Source of the DNA: Candidatus Micrarchaeota archaeon
Lineage (GTDB): Archaea; Micrarchaeota; Micrarchaeia; Norongarragalinales; Norongarragalinaceae
Assembly (NCBI GenBank): GCA_016207165.1
Contig: JACQQD010000005.1
Location: 31,871-95,870, forward strand
Direction of reading: 5' to 3'
DNA length: 64,000 bases
Of the stretch, positions 1 through 9,905 are shown one piece after another. Made by a program: the position numbers and the translations under genes. Below the pieces are notes generated by a model, which was given only the letters and a program-made list of their open reading frames with translations, ran no database searches and was not told where the DNA came from. Numbering within the stretch: position 1 is the stretch's first letter; every line of letters begins with the position of its first letter.

Positions 1-1953
1 GGCCGACACGACGCCCAAGACGATGGGGGCGACAAACGCGGACATGGTCGACAGCATGACGGTCACGTCCTGCAACAACTTCCGCAGCGACTCGTTGATT
101 TTTTCCGCGTTTCGAAGCTGCAGGGACAGCGAAATGAGGGATTTGGAGGCCACGTTCACGCCCAAGTCCACGGAGTCCACCAAGAAACGCATGCCGCTGC
201 GGATGATTTGCGAGGGGATGTAACGCAACGCTCCAAACGTTCGGTCAAAAATCGCGGTTTCAAGGGTCATGCCCAAATTCGAAATGTTCTCCACCACGCG
301 GCGGAACACTTGCCGTCCAATTTGGCTTTTGGGCATGAAAGAGACGGAGGCGCGCATGGCCTCCTCGATGGGCTTGTTCTCGCCCATGCGGCTGGCCAGG
401 ACGTACATGGCGTCTTTGAACTCGGATTCCATGGCGCGGACGTCGTCTTGGACCTTTTTTCGCGCGGCGTACTTGCCCAAGAAAAAGACGGAGATGGCCA
501 CCGAGACGCCCATGAGGAATCCAAACAACGTGAATTGGCCGATGAAGAGCCCGAATTGAAGCGCCGCAAAGCGGAGGTGGGGAATGGATTGCACTTCCGT
601 GGCCAACGCCTCGTTTCTTCGGACTCGCTCGTTTTGAGGCGCCGCCAGCACGGCGAGGTTGTCCAGCAATTCCGACTGCCGCTCGGCGGGAGTGACTAAG
701 TACGTGGGAATGGCGCCCAGGGTGCCGGTGATCTGGAACGGATCCGGTTGCGCACCGCCGGAAGGCGGGTTGACCAAACGCATGGCCGGCAAGTACAACG
801 CGGAATTGAACGCGTCCTGGGTGGCGCCGATGTCCGTATAGTAACCCAGGCCGACGCCGCCGACAATCAGAAGCAAGGCGAAGAAACGGAACGGCAGAGT
901 CATGCCCATCACCCGCACGGACCCCTTGGGCGGCAGGCCGGGAAAGTTTTCCGGAATCTTGGGCGGCGTGCTGGTGGGCGGCTTGTTGGAAATGATGCTT
1001 TTTCCGAACACGAAGACCATGAGCGGAATGAGCAGGTTGTACATGACGAACAAAAATTCGGCTTTGGCGATGTCCGCGTTGTTGGCCAGGCTGGAACCAA
1101 TGGGCAACAGAATCGCCATCAACAAGGGCAGCAGAATGCCGAAGTAGTACAGGTAGACGGTGGGTTGCTGGAGTTTGCGGGCGTACAAATCCATTTTTTC
1201 CTTGCTTCCCTCCAAAACGTCTTGGCCGGCCTTGTCAAGCAACGCGAGCCGGCGCTCGGCGTTGGCTTCCAGGACCGAGGCGCGGATCATCATCAACGCG
1301 TGCTTGAAGTCCTCGTTGTAGGAACCCCACCGGTACGCCAACTCGTCGAGGCCCTCTTCCACGGATTCGTAGCGGCCCAACTGGACGTCCCACACGATTT
1401 TCTTGAGGTCTTCCGCGATCTTGCCGCGTCCGTGGGAGGCCGCGAACTCCACGGCTTTTTCCAGGTTGGGCGTCAACCGCATGCTCATGGTCAAATAGTT
1501 GACGATTTCCGGCACGTACGCCAGCGCCAGAATTTTTTCCCGCTCAACCAGGGAAAGGGGTTGCTTCTTGTAGACGTACGACGCCAGGATGGGCAACAGC
1601 AAGAACACGCCGGAAATACCGGCCTGGAACATGAATGGCAGCGAGGAAAAAACGAAGATGACCGCCGCCAGCGCCAAGCCGACCAGCATGCCGGTGCTTT
1701 GGATGCCGCGCGCCACGGCGTAGTACTCTTCCGCGGACACGTCGTAGCCCAGAAACGCAAATGCCTCCGCCTCGTCGTCGGTGAACTTGGCTCCCCGCCC
1801 CGAAGACCTGAAGAGTTTGGCGAACCGCTTCGTGAACGTGACAAAGCCGGGGATTGGCGGCGGCTTGTAGGCGTCCTCTTGTATGTCGACGTACGGTTGG
1901 GAGTACAAGGACTCGGGCTTGGAGTCTTTCTTTTTGTTGGGCCGGGCCGCCAT
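1..1953 (-). CDS. FlaJ/PilC/TadC-like polytopic membrane platform protein of a type IV pilus/archaellum-type assembly system; 3' end runs off the window
   Basis: Absent from the ORF track because it has no stop in the window. My own minus-strand translation from ATG (cat at 1951-1953) stays open to position 1 (MAARPNKKKDSKPESLYSQPYVDIQ...). It shows two soluble helical segments, each followed by hydrophobic helices, and lies downstream of the FlaI-like ATPase. Confidence 0.6.
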   Translation of the reverse strand, partial: MAARPNKKKDSKPESLYSQPYVDIQEDAYKPPPIPGFVTFTKRFAKLFRSSGRGAKFTDDEAEAFAFLGYDVSAEEYYAVARGIQSTGMLVGLALAAVIFVFSSLPFMFQAGISGVFLLLPILASYVYKKQPLSLVEREKILALAYVPEIVNYLTMSMRLTPNLEKAVEFAASHGRGKIAEDLKKIVWDVQLGRYESVEEGLDELAYRWGSYNEDFKHALMMIRASVLEANAERRLALLDKAGQDVLEGSKEKMDLYARKLQQPTVYLYYFGILLPLLMAILLPIGSSLANNADIAKAEFLFVMYNLLIPLMVFVFGKSIISNKPPTSTPPKIPENFPGLPPKGSVRVMGMTLPFRFFALLLIVGGVGLGYYTDIGATQDAFNSALYLPAMRLVNPPSGGAQPDPFQITGTLGAIPTYLVTPAERQSELLDNLAVLAAPQNERVRRNEALATEVQSIPHLRFAALQFGLFIGQFTLFGFLMGVSVAISVFFLGKYAARKKVQDDVRAMESEFKDAMYVLASRMGENKPIEEAMRASVSFMPKSQIGRQVFRRVVENISNLGMTLETAIFDRTFGALRYIPSQIIRSGMRFLVDSVDLGVNVASKSLISLSLQLRNAEKINESLRKLLQDVTVMLSTMSAFVAPIVLGVVSA

Positions 1954-1981
1954 AACCACCCAAAGCACGGATTGCCGCGAT

Positions 1982-2764
1982 TTAAGCACTTCGATTTTTG
2001 GTTCGCGGCAAGCGGATGCGTTCGATGACTTGATGGCTCCAGCCGGGGCGCGCGTAATTGGCCATGGCCAAAAGCAAGCGGACACCCAAGCCGGGCAGGT
2101 TGTTCCACACAGGGTTCATGCCGCCACCTCCCGGCGCCAGGTTCTTGGCGACATCAATGCCTGCCGAAATCACGGTCCAGCGCTTGGCGGCTTTTTTATC
2201 GCCTAACACCGCGGCCACCGGCACGGCGACTTGAGGGGACGCCGGCGCGACGCCCTGGTCCAGCTGGCGGGCAGCGGCCTTGTACTCCGCCAAAAAGACG
2301 GCCGCCGTCAATCCCATGTGAGCCAAGGTGGCGTTAAACGGCGTAAGTTCCATGAACTTGGGATCCATGCCGTGTTTTTGCGCCAGCGCGGCAAGTCCCA
2401 ATACTAAGGCATAGTTCACGCCAGCCTGAAACGCGCTGGCGCCCAACGTCTTTTTCAGTTCCGGCCAGCGTGTTGGAAACTCGTTTTGAATGGCTCGGAT
2501 TTCAGCGGCCAAACGGGTTTTGGCGAAACGACTCTTGTCGGAATACAGCAGGCCGTGAAAATAGGCTTGCATGCCACGGCGTTGCTTGGAAGACAGCTTG
2601 GCTCCAGTTTTCTCTTCAAACGCCTGGACGAGTTCCTCGTGCAATACGGGCTTGGCAGACGCGGCGTGTGCGGAAGCCAAGCCAACGGGGCCTCCGACTC
2701 CCGCAAACGCGGCATGTCCCAACACGTGCAAATGTGTTTCCGCAATCCTTCGTTCCAACGCCAC
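1982..2764 (-). CDS. hypothetical protein between the pilus ATPase and platform genes
   Basis: This is the 3' part of track ORF 1982..3037. The upstream part overlaps the ATPase gene. A GTG at 2764 sits 1 nt after the ATPase TGA (2766-2768). Composition is protein-like (VALERRIAETHLHVLGH...), with no recognisable motif. Confidence 0.45.
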   Translation of the reverse strand: MALERRIAETHLHVLGHAAFAGVGGPVGLASAHAASAKPVLHEELVQAFEEKTGAKLSSKQRRGMQAYFHGLLYSDKSRFAKTRLAAEIRAIQNEFPTRWPELKKTLGASAFQAGVNYALVLGLAALAQKHGMDPKFMELTPFNATLAHMGLTAAVFLAEYKAAARQLDQGVAPASPQVAVPVAAVLGDKKAAKRWTVISAGIDVAKNLAPGGGGMNPVWNNLPGLGVRLLLAMANYARPGWSHQVIERIRLPRTKNRSA

Positions 2765-2765
2765 G

Positions 2766-5027
2766 TCATTGCACCGGTTGGTTTTGTTGGACGAGGTCTT
2801 TGACCAGGTTGTCGTCCACCCATTTCTTCCATTGCGGAACCAGGGTCTTGTAGTCCACGGCCCCGATTTCCTGGCGTTGGGCCTCCGACAACAACAGATA
2901 CTTGTTGTGGGCGCGCACCGCGTAGTCCGCCTCCAAAAGCCGGGGCACGTTGAACTTGTTTTTCTGGTCCACGAGGTATTGTTTGGTGGCTCCCCGGGCG
3001 GACATTTCGCTCCAAACGGCATCAAAATCCAGGCCACGCATGCGTTTGACTTTGTTCAGCCACGCGGATTTTTCGCGGATGGCGTCCTGGAACACGTCCA
3101 ACTTGTCTTTGTTGGCGTCGAAATTCAGCCAGTTCAAAAAACCGTCTTCTTTTCCGGGGTCACTAGTCCAGTCCTTCATGACTTCCGTGACCTCGATTAA
3201 CCGGCGGTGGCGCTTAATGGAGCCCTTGAAGCGAATCGGCGCGGACACCAAGCAAAAGTCCGTGGCTTTAAACGACGTGGTGGGCACCCCCAAGTCGTTG
3301 ACCACGCGGTCCCAGATACTGTAGGCTGACTCTCCATGGATGGTGCCCATGACGACGTTGCCAACAGCCCCAACCCGCATGGCCTCATAAAGTGCCGACG
3401 CCTCTTTACTGCGAACTTCCCCCACGATCAGCACCGAGTCACCCAACCGAAGCGCGGTGCGAAGCGCGTCTTCGGCGGAAACCTCGCTTTCCGTTCCACC
3501 CCCAAGCGGCGGGCGCGTCTTCATGCGCTGGATGTTCAACCCCAAAGACTTCATTTGCGGCACAGGCAATTCCTGGGTGTCTTCCTGCACGAGGATTCTG
3601 AGGTTCTGGGGGATTTCCAGCATCAAACTTTGCAATTGGGACGTTTTTCCAGAACCCCTTGAACCCACGATGAGCATGGAGGCCTGCGCGTCCACGAAAA
3701 ACGACATCATTCCCGCGGTAAGGGGGTCGTACATTTTCGCGTCCACGAACTGCGCCAGCGTCCACGGCGTCTCTTTGTGCAACCGGAGCGCGAACGCGAT
3801 GCCGTCAAGGGCCAAGGGTTTCCCGATGACGGCCACGCGCGTCTGGAGGTCCTCCAAGTCGAAGTCCAAAATGGGGTGCGCCTCGTCAAAAGGCCGTCCC
3901 GAAAGCGCCCGGAAGCGCGAGACGATGGAGCGCGCCTCTTCATGGCTGAAAATGATGTTGGTCTGGCATTGGCCGTACTTGGAGTGCACCAGGTACACGG
4001 GTTTGACGCCCAACGGAGAGTCGATGTAGACGTCGGTGAGCCGCCGGTCGGACAACAAGATTTCCAGGATGCCGTAGCCGATGGTGTAGCGCGCGACGAT
4101 TCCGGCAAGCTCCTCTTTTTCCTCGACGCTCAAGTCGATATTGTTTTTCATGGCCAAATCCGCGATGGTCGCCACATAGACTTTCCGGAAGTACTTGCGG
4201 GCTTGGGTGATGTCCATGAATTGCACGGAGTCAGGCCGGTGCTGGGCCACGACTTCCTTGGTTTTTTCCAGCAAGAAGTATTTCTCTGGCGGCAGGCTGT
4301 ATTCGGGCGGGTTGATGAAGTACAAGTACTCGACTTTGTCGGGATGCTTGTAGAGGTAGATGTTCGTTCCAGCGACGTCGTACTGGTCGACCAACTCCAA
4401 ATCCTCGGTGGACGTAAAGAAAATGCGGGAACCGATGAAGGAGGGCTTGATGGCCGACTCGAAAAACGCGTGGTACGCCGCCCGGCCTTCCGGAATCGAG
4501 CCTAACTGCGCCAAATAGCCTTTCATTTGCTGGATCAAATCAAGACCCTCCATTTTCTGGCGCATGAAATTCAACGTGCCCATGTATACGTTGAGGTCGT
4601 CAGGGCTGGAAGCGGAGGCGACTTTGCCGGAGGTGTCCTTGATTTCCTGGATCAGCGTCATGTACGACTTGAATGGGTCGGCTCGAAGCAGGTTCATTAC
4701 GCGCAAGACGGCGTCGTGGCGTGGCCCCAACGTCTTGGACTCCGTGGTTTTCCCCAAGTGCGACGGACTCCAGACGGCGTCGGCTTCCAAGGCGTTGACC
4801 AAGTCGGCGACTTGCCGCAACCAATTGGTTTGCTTTTCGTCGTAGATGCGTTCGTAGTATTCGCTCAGGACGACTTCGTCGGCGTCCAGTTCCCGGAGTT
4901 TCTCGATGACGTCGCTCATGGCTTCCGGATACTGCGCCAAGTCAGGCCCCCAAGCGAGCCCCCGGTAGTCGATGACCAGCCTCTTGCGCCCGCCCTCGCT
5001 TTTGACCACAGCCTGGCCCGGTGCCAT
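2766..5027 (-). CDS. FlaI/PilB/VirB11-family secretion ATPase (type IV pilus/archaellum assembly) with a long N-terminal extension
   Basis: 753-aa ORF with Walker A GSRGSGKTS and the downstream LIVGEVRSKEA...GTIHGES block typical of GspE/FlaI ATPases. Confidence 0.85.
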   Translation of the reverse strand: MAPGQAVVKSEGGRKRLVIDYRGLAWGPDLAQYPEAMSDVIEKLRELDADEVVLSEYYERIYDEKQTNWLRQVADLVNALEADAVWSPSHLGKTTESKTLGPRHDAVLRVMNLLRADPFKSYMTLIQEIKDTSGKVASASSPDDLNVYMGTLNFMRQKMEGLDLIQQMKGYLAQLGSIPEGRAAYHAFFESAIKPSFIGSRIFFTSTEDLELVDQYDVAGTNIYLYKHPDKVEYLYFINPPEYSLPPEKYFLLEKTKEVVAQHRPDSVQFMDITQARKYFRKVYVATIADLAMKNNIDLSVEEKEELAGIVARYTIGYGILEILLSDRRLTDVYIDSPLGVKPVYLVHSKYGQCQTNIIFSHEEARSIVSRFRALSGRPFDEAHPILDFDLEDLQTRVAVIGKPLALDGIAFALRLHKETPWTLAQFVDAKMYDPLTAGMMSFFVDAQASMLIVGSRGSGKTSQLQSLMLEIPQNLRILVQEDTQELPVPQMKSLGLNIQRMKTRPPLGGGTESEVSAEDALRTALRLGDSVLIVGEVRSKEASALYEAMRVGAVGNVVMGTIHGESAYSIWDRVVNDLGVPTTSFKATDFCLVSAPIRFKGSIKRHRRLIEVTEVMKDWTSDPGKEDGFLNWLNFDANKDKLDVFQDAIREKSAWLNKVKRMRGLDFDAVWSEMSARGATKQYLVDQKNKFNVPRLLEADYAVRAHNKYLLLSEAQRQEIGAVDYKTLVPQWKKWVDDNLVKDLVQQNQPVQ

Positions 5028-5073
5028 GACAGGGACAACGCCGTCAAACTATATAAGAATCAAGGCTTTTTGC

Positions 5074-7836
5074 TCACTCGACGAAAATCGCGGGTTTTCC
5101 AGGCAACGCTTTTTCTTTTCGGGGATTTTGGGACTTGGACTCCTCTTCAAAAACCAGAGCCGCACCGAACTGGGATTCCAAAAAGGATTGGGCGGCACCA
5201 AGGACGCGGGCTTCGTCCACGCGCTTGAAGCGTTGGAGTTCGTAGAAGCGCTTCTTGACGTAGGATTCCATGACGCCTTCGCCGATTTTCTCCGGTGACG
5301 GAAACCCAATCAAGTCCATGAAGCGCTTTTCCTTGGATTTGGACGCGAAAATCACGGTGATTTTCTCGGGCTTCTTCTTGACAAGCTTCAACACGGTTCG
5401 GACGTCCGACACGGTGTTCAAGAGAAAATCCTCCTCGGCTTCCGCGGACAAGTCGCTCCAGGCCTCCGGTGGTTTGGGCCAGGCCGCGTGGCTCACGAAG
5501 CCTTTTCCGCCGGACTTCTGCCAATATTCTTCGGCGGCATGCGGGATCACCGGCGCCAAAAGCGAAATCCAGGGGCGAACGACTTGGGAGGCGACGTACG
5601 CTTTTTCCGCTTCGTTGGCCCGGCTCAAAAAGTGCTCCATGGCGTTGAGTAATTCAAAAAAAGCGGTTTGCGCGTAGTCGCGAAGCGCCATGGCCTCCAA
5701 ATGCTGCGTGGATTGCTGGGTCAAGCGGTAAAACTTGGAGCGCGCCCAGCGGACAATGGGCGAGTCCACGGGTTTTCCCTTCAAAACCGAGAACTCGTCC
5801 CACACCGCATACAGCTTGCTGAGTCGGCGGCCGAGGGTTTCCACGTCGTTGCGTCGGAAGTCCAACGTCGCGCCCAAGTCGGCCGTGGAAATGGCGTACA
5901 ACCGGAACAAGTCGGCGCCCGTCTTTTCGGCGATGTCGTTCAAAGAAACGACGTTGCCCTTGGACTTGGACATCTTGGTGCCTTCGGCGACGACCAACTC
6001 GTTCAGCGTAATGGCGTTGGGCCAGTGTTCCTCTTGAAAGCACGCCGTGTGCGCGAAGACGAAGAAACTGAGGTGGTTGGCGATGTGCGCGATGGCGGTG
6101 TGGCGTTGGTCGTTGGGATACCAGTACAAAAATTCCTGGCGCACTTTTTCCGCGGCCTCCGTCTTTTTGCCTTTACCCAAAAACACGTAGTCGAAGAATT
6201 CCTTGGACAAGTCCTGGGGCTTGAAGCCCAATTCGCGGATTTTCTTAATCACGGTGTAAAACGCCATGTAAATCGTGGAATCGGAAAGCGATTCGATGAT
6301 CCACTCGTTGTTGAACGGCAACTGCGTACCCAGGCCGCGACGTCGGGCGCAGGGGCGTTTGTCCAGCCAGTCAAACACGTCCTGGAACTGTTTCTTGTAG
6401 TTTTCCGGGTGCACGCGCAGGCGTTCCAAAGCCGCCCTGGATTTTTCCTTCCAGCCAGGCGCGTTGTAATCCAAAAACCACTGGTCCGACAAAACGGCGG
6501 CCACGACTTGCCCGCCGCACCGGCACTCCGCCGGACGCGAGGCCTCAAACACGTCCAACGCCTTTCCCTCTTTTTTCAACCAATCGGCGATTTGGTCTTT
6601 GGCTTCCGACGCCTTCACGCCGGCAAAACGCCCCGTGTTTTGAGCCATCCGGCCTTCGTAGAATTCCTTCTTGTAGAGTTCCGCCGTGGCCTTGTCCAGC
6701 TTCCCCTTTTCCTTGAGGTTGGCAATCTTCATTTTCTCCACCAAGTCCTTCGCCGGAAACGAGGAGAAGCCATCCACGTCAATGACGGAAACGGGCCGGA
6801 TTTTTTCGACGGTTTTCTTCCACGCGTCGTCTTTCTTGAGGACCTCCAACGCCACCCAGTCAAACGGCGCGTGCGCGGGCACGGAGTGAACCAAACCCGT
6901 CGCATGGTCCGCGTCGACAAACGCGCCCGGAAGAATGGGCACGGTTTGACCCAACGGCGTGATGCACGTTTTTCCCAACAAGTCCTTCCCGGAAAAAGAT
7001 TGCATGACGTTCACGGCGTGGTTCTGCAAGGCGAGTTTCTTGGAGAAGGATTCCGAGACGATGAACGTCTCGCCGTCGACTTCCGCGCGCACGTAGGTCG
7101 CGTCGGGGCGGACGAACATGTTCGTGATGCCGTACACGGTGTCCGGCCGGAGCGTCGAAGAAACCAAAAACGCGTCGCCGAAGGCAAACTTGAATCCCGT
7201 GAAGCGCTGGACGTCCACGGGATTGGAGTCCCCGTCCTTGATGTCGTCCTCGCCCACGGCGTTACGGTCTTTGACGCAGTACAGAAGCGGGTAGGCCGCT
7301 TGTTTGAGGTAGCCTTTTTCCTTGAACGTGTAAAACTGCCATTCAACGAATTTGTTGTATTCCTTGTCGCCGGTGGTAAACTGGCGAGACAAGTCCAAGG
7401 AGAACCCCATCCGCCAAAAGTCGTGCACCAGTTTCTTGGAATAATAGTTGACGATGTTCCACGGATCCTTTCCAAAAGAAGCCACAATGGATTCGGCTTT
7501 CTTTCGGTCGGACTCGTACACGGACACGTAGTCGGTGTGCAACTGGATGGTGGCCGCATCGCCTTCCGCAATCTTGGAACTCACCGCCAGCACCGGCGTG
7601 CCGGTGATGTGAAACGCCATGGGCCAAAGCACGTTGAAGCCCTGCATGCGTTTAAAGCGCGCCACCACGTCGCCCACCGCATACGTTCTACCGTGACCCA
7701 CGTGAAGGGAACCCGAAACATACGGGTAAGGCACGGTGAAAAAGAATTTTTCCTTGGACGCATCCGTCTTCGGCTCAAACGCTTTCTGCTTGGCCCAGGC
7801 GTCCTGCCACTTTTTTTCCACCGACTTGAAATCCAC
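5074..7836 (-). CDS. leuS: leucyl-tRNA synthetase, archaeal type
   Basis: 920-aa ORF with the HIGH-class motif (SLHVGHGRTY) and KMSKSKGN. Confidence 0.95.
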   Translation of the reverse strand: MDFKSVEKKWQDAWAKQKAFEPKTDASKEKFFFTVPYPYVSGSLHVGHGRTYAVGDVVARFKRMQGFNVLWPMAFHITGTPVLAVSSKIAEGDAATIQLHTDYVSVYESDRKKAESIVASFGKDPWNIVNYYSKKLVHDFWRMGFSLDLSRQFTTGDKEYNKFVEWQFYTFKEKGYLKQAAYPLLYCVKDRNAVGEDDIKDGDSNPVDVQRFTGFKFAFGDAFLVSSTLRPDTVYGITNMFVRPDATYVRAEVDGETFIVSESFSKKLALQNHAVNVMQSFSGKDLLGKTCITPLGQTVPILPGAFVDADHATGLVHSVPAHAPFDWVALEVLKKDDAWKKTVEKIRPVSVIDVDGFSSFPAKDLVEKMKIANLKEKGKLDKATAELYKKEFYEGRMAQNTGRFAGVKASEAKDQIADWLKKEGKALDVFEASRPAECRCGGQVVAAVLSDQWFLDYNAPGWKEKSRAALERLRVHPENYKKQFQDVFDWLDKRPCARRRGLGTQLPFNNEWIIESLSDSTIYMAFYTVIKKIRELGFKPQDLSKEFFDYVFLGKGKKTEAAEKVRQEFLYWYPNDQRHTAIAHIANHLSFFVFAHTACFQEEHWPNAITLNELVVAEGTKMSKSKGNVVSLNDIAEKTGADLFRLYAISTADLGATLDFRRNDVETLGRRLSKLYAVWDEFSVLKGKPVDSPIVRWARSKFYRLTQQSTQHLEAMALRDYAQTAFFELLNAMEHFLSRANEAEKAYVASQVVRPWISLLAPVIPHAAEEYWQKSGGKGFVSHAAWPKPPEAWSDLSAEAEEDFLLNTVSDVRTVLKLVKKKPEKITVIFASKSKEKRFMDLIGFPSPEKIGEGVMESYVKKRFYELQRFKRVDEARVLGAAQSFLESQFGAALVFEEESKSQNPRKEKALPGKPAIFVE

Positions 7837-7889
7837 GATAAAACCCCTTCAACCCAAACCCTGAAAACACGCGACAGCGTAACCTGCGT

Positions 7890-8411
7890 ATGCCGAAGAA
7901 AAAGCGTATGGCCACGGACGCTTTAAAGTTTTTGGGGACGATCCTCGTTTTAAGCGGCTTCAGTTACGGCGCCCTGATTTTCACGCCCTTGGAATCGGCA
8001 CTGGGCGGCTACACGGCGTACGCCACGCAAGCCGTCCTTGCATCGCTGGGCGAGAAAACCGTGCTGGTCCTGGACGCGTTCCCGCACCTGGTAGGCCCGC
8101 GCTTTGACGCGGAACTCATACCGCTTTGCTTTGGCACCCTGGAAATCGCGTTGTGGACCGGAATCGTTTTTGCGACGGAAAACCGTTCACTCAAAAGACG
8201 CTTCCAGGGATTCCTGGCGGGCCTCGCCACGTTTTTGGCTTTCAATCCCGTCCGCATCGCTTTGACGCTATACGTGTTTGACGCGTCGGAACCCTTTGCC
8301 TCGTTTGCCGCCCATGACGTGCTGTTCCGGTTGACCCTCGTCGCCTTGTTCGTGGTGGCGTACGCCGTCTGGTACGCGTGGCCGGAACAAAGAAAAACGC
8401 CGCGAAAGTAA
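7890..8411 (+). CDS. short exosortase/archaeosortase-family membrane protein
   Basis: 173-aa polytopic ORF with candidate Cys/Arg/His signature positions of the family: IPLCFG, FNPVRIAL, AAHDVLFR. Confidence 0.55.
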   Translation: MPKKKRMATDALKFLGTILVLSGFSYGALIFTPLESALGGYTAYATQAVLASLGEKTVLVLDAFPHLVGPRFDAELIPLCFGTLEIALWTGIVFATENRSLKRRFQGFLAGLATFLAFNPVRIALTLYVFDASEPFASFAAHDVLFRLTLVALFVVAYAVWYAWPEQRKTPRK

Positions 8412-8418
8412 CGGTTTC

Positions 8419-9831
8419 ATGCGTCCCCCCAAACGCACTCCACCGCTTAAACGGGCGTTTGTCGCCGCACCCCTGATCGGCACCATCCTTTTTTTGGCCG
8501 CCGTCCTGTTCACCGTCAACCTCTCCAAAGTCGAAGCCGCGCAAAGCGCCCGCGTCGTCAACGACGCCTACCACAACCGAATCGTTTCCTTAATCGAAAT
8601 CTACCGAACGGACCTCAACTCGGTGTTCCGGGAAAGCCTGCGCCGCAACATCGAGACGTTCATCCTGCGTCCCGCGTGGCTGAACTTCGGCATCACCAAC
8701 GTGCGCAACGCACGGCTTTTGTCCTACGAGGAAGTCCGCAAGACCCGCTGCGACCAAATCAACCAAGTGGCCCGCGAACTGGTCTGCTCCGTAGGCGGAA
8801 ACGCACCCCAAAACTTTCAAACCGCCGATTCACTCAAGGCCTTCGGGTACGGCATTCCGGGTTGGGTGGACGTGGCCAACCGTCCGTTCTCGTTTGAAGG
8901 CGTGACATTCAAGCCAGCCAACCCCCAACAAATGAAGTTGCTCAACCCGGACACCAACGACTTGACGCAACTGCTCAACTACCAGCGCGCCTGCCAAGAG
9001 TTCGTTCAAGGAAGCCTGTTTGACTGCGACAACTTCGCCCGAAAGTCGGGCCCCCAGGCCCTTCAATGCAAGGACCCCGACACCGGACAAGTCATTGCCG
9101 GCTGCGAAGAAGGAACGTTCTACTTGAAAATCACTCCGGCGCCGTCCACCCCCGAAGGCGCGAAACTCTACGCCGCACTGCCCCGCATCGTGGGCGACGA
9201 CGATTTCGGCAACCAAGTGCGTTCGGGCGCCATCGGCGACGAAAACTTTTTGCTGCCCATCAACATCCGCGTCTTCCGCTACGATGACGAAGCCCTGGAG
9301 TTCTACAAGCACATGGCCTTCGGCCAGAACGGCATTGCCTACGACCGCGAACAATCAAAAGGCGGATTGTCCGACGGATTGTGCGTCGGCGGCCGCACGC
9401 CCGAGGAATGCCTGTCGGAAGGAATCCAAAACGCGTACGGGACCGCCATGTCGCCGGGCCGACAAGACCAAGCCAAACAACGCGTGTTCAACGACTTGTA
9501 CACCGGCGCGTTTACCGCCGCCAAAACCACGCTGCCCAGACCGGGAGTGTCCGACGGCATGACGTTTTACATCCTATCGCCGGGCACCACGGCGCCGGAG
9601 GAATGCGACGACCGCTGCAAAGAAGTGTACGGCGAAGCCACACAGGACGCCATCAAGGCGGTGCTGGAGCCGCAGACCGGACAGAACCCCACCAACCACA
9701 ACGTCTACGCGTACTTTGACGACGAGAGCCTGAATTTTTACGTCATCGACGAAAAGGCGGCGTACCGCGTGCGCGGCACCAAACCCAACCAAGTCGCGTA
9801 CCCCATGACGTTCAACCACATCAAGACGTGA
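8419..9831 (+). CDS. large secreted protein with a putative class III (type IV pilin-like) signal peptide
   Basis: 470-aa ORF. The N-terminus MRPPKRTPPLKRA/FVAAPLIGTILFLAAVLF fits the archaeal prepilin peptidase site pattern [KR][GA]|[hydrophobic] followed by a hydrophobic helix. Confidence 0.6.
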   Translation: MRPPKRTPPLKRAFVAAPLIGTILFLAAVLFTVNLSKVEAAQSARVVNDAYHNRIVSLIEIYRTDLNSVFRESLRRNIETFILRPAWLNFGITNVRNARLLSYEEVRKTRCDQINQVARELVCSVGGNAPQNFQTADSLKAFGYGIPGWVDVANRPFSFEGVTFKPANPQQMKLLNPDTNDLTQLLNYQRACQEFVQGSLFDCDNFARKSGPQALQCKDPDTGQVIAGCEEGTFYLKITPAPSTPEGAKLYAALPRIVGDDDFGNQVRSGAIGDENFLLPINIRVFRYDDEALEFYKHMAFGQNGIAYDREQSKGGLSDGLCVGGRTPEECLSEGIQNAYGTAMSPGRQDQAKQRVFNDLYTGAFTAAKTTLPRPGVSDGMTFYILSPGTTAPEECDDRCKEVYGEATQDAIKAVLEPQTGQNPTNHNVYAYFDDESLNFYVIDEKAAYRVRGTKPNQVAYPMTFNHIKT

Positions 9832-9858
9832 CGACGCGCGGCGACGGCGGTGGCCCCC

Positions 9859-9868
9859 TTTATATAAT
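9859..9868 (+). promoter_or_regulatory. TATA-box-like element upstream of the giant surface protein gene
   Basis: tttatataat lies about 40 nt upstream of the GTG at 9906. Confidence 0.4.
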
Positions 9869-9905
9869 CCAATAAGGAAACTACAACTGGGAGAGGACAA
9901 AGACC

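Noticed and set aside
748-2028. 426-aa plus-strand ORF (and 1491..2108 minus) across the start of the window.
   Set aside because: Its composition is Arg/Gly/His/Val-rich and not protein-like. It is antisense to the clearly membrane-protein-like FlaJ-type frame that I translated by hand.
5668-7926. 752-aa plus-strand ORF.
   Set aside because: It lies entirely antisense to leuS. This is a typical long shadow ORF in GC-rich coding DNA.
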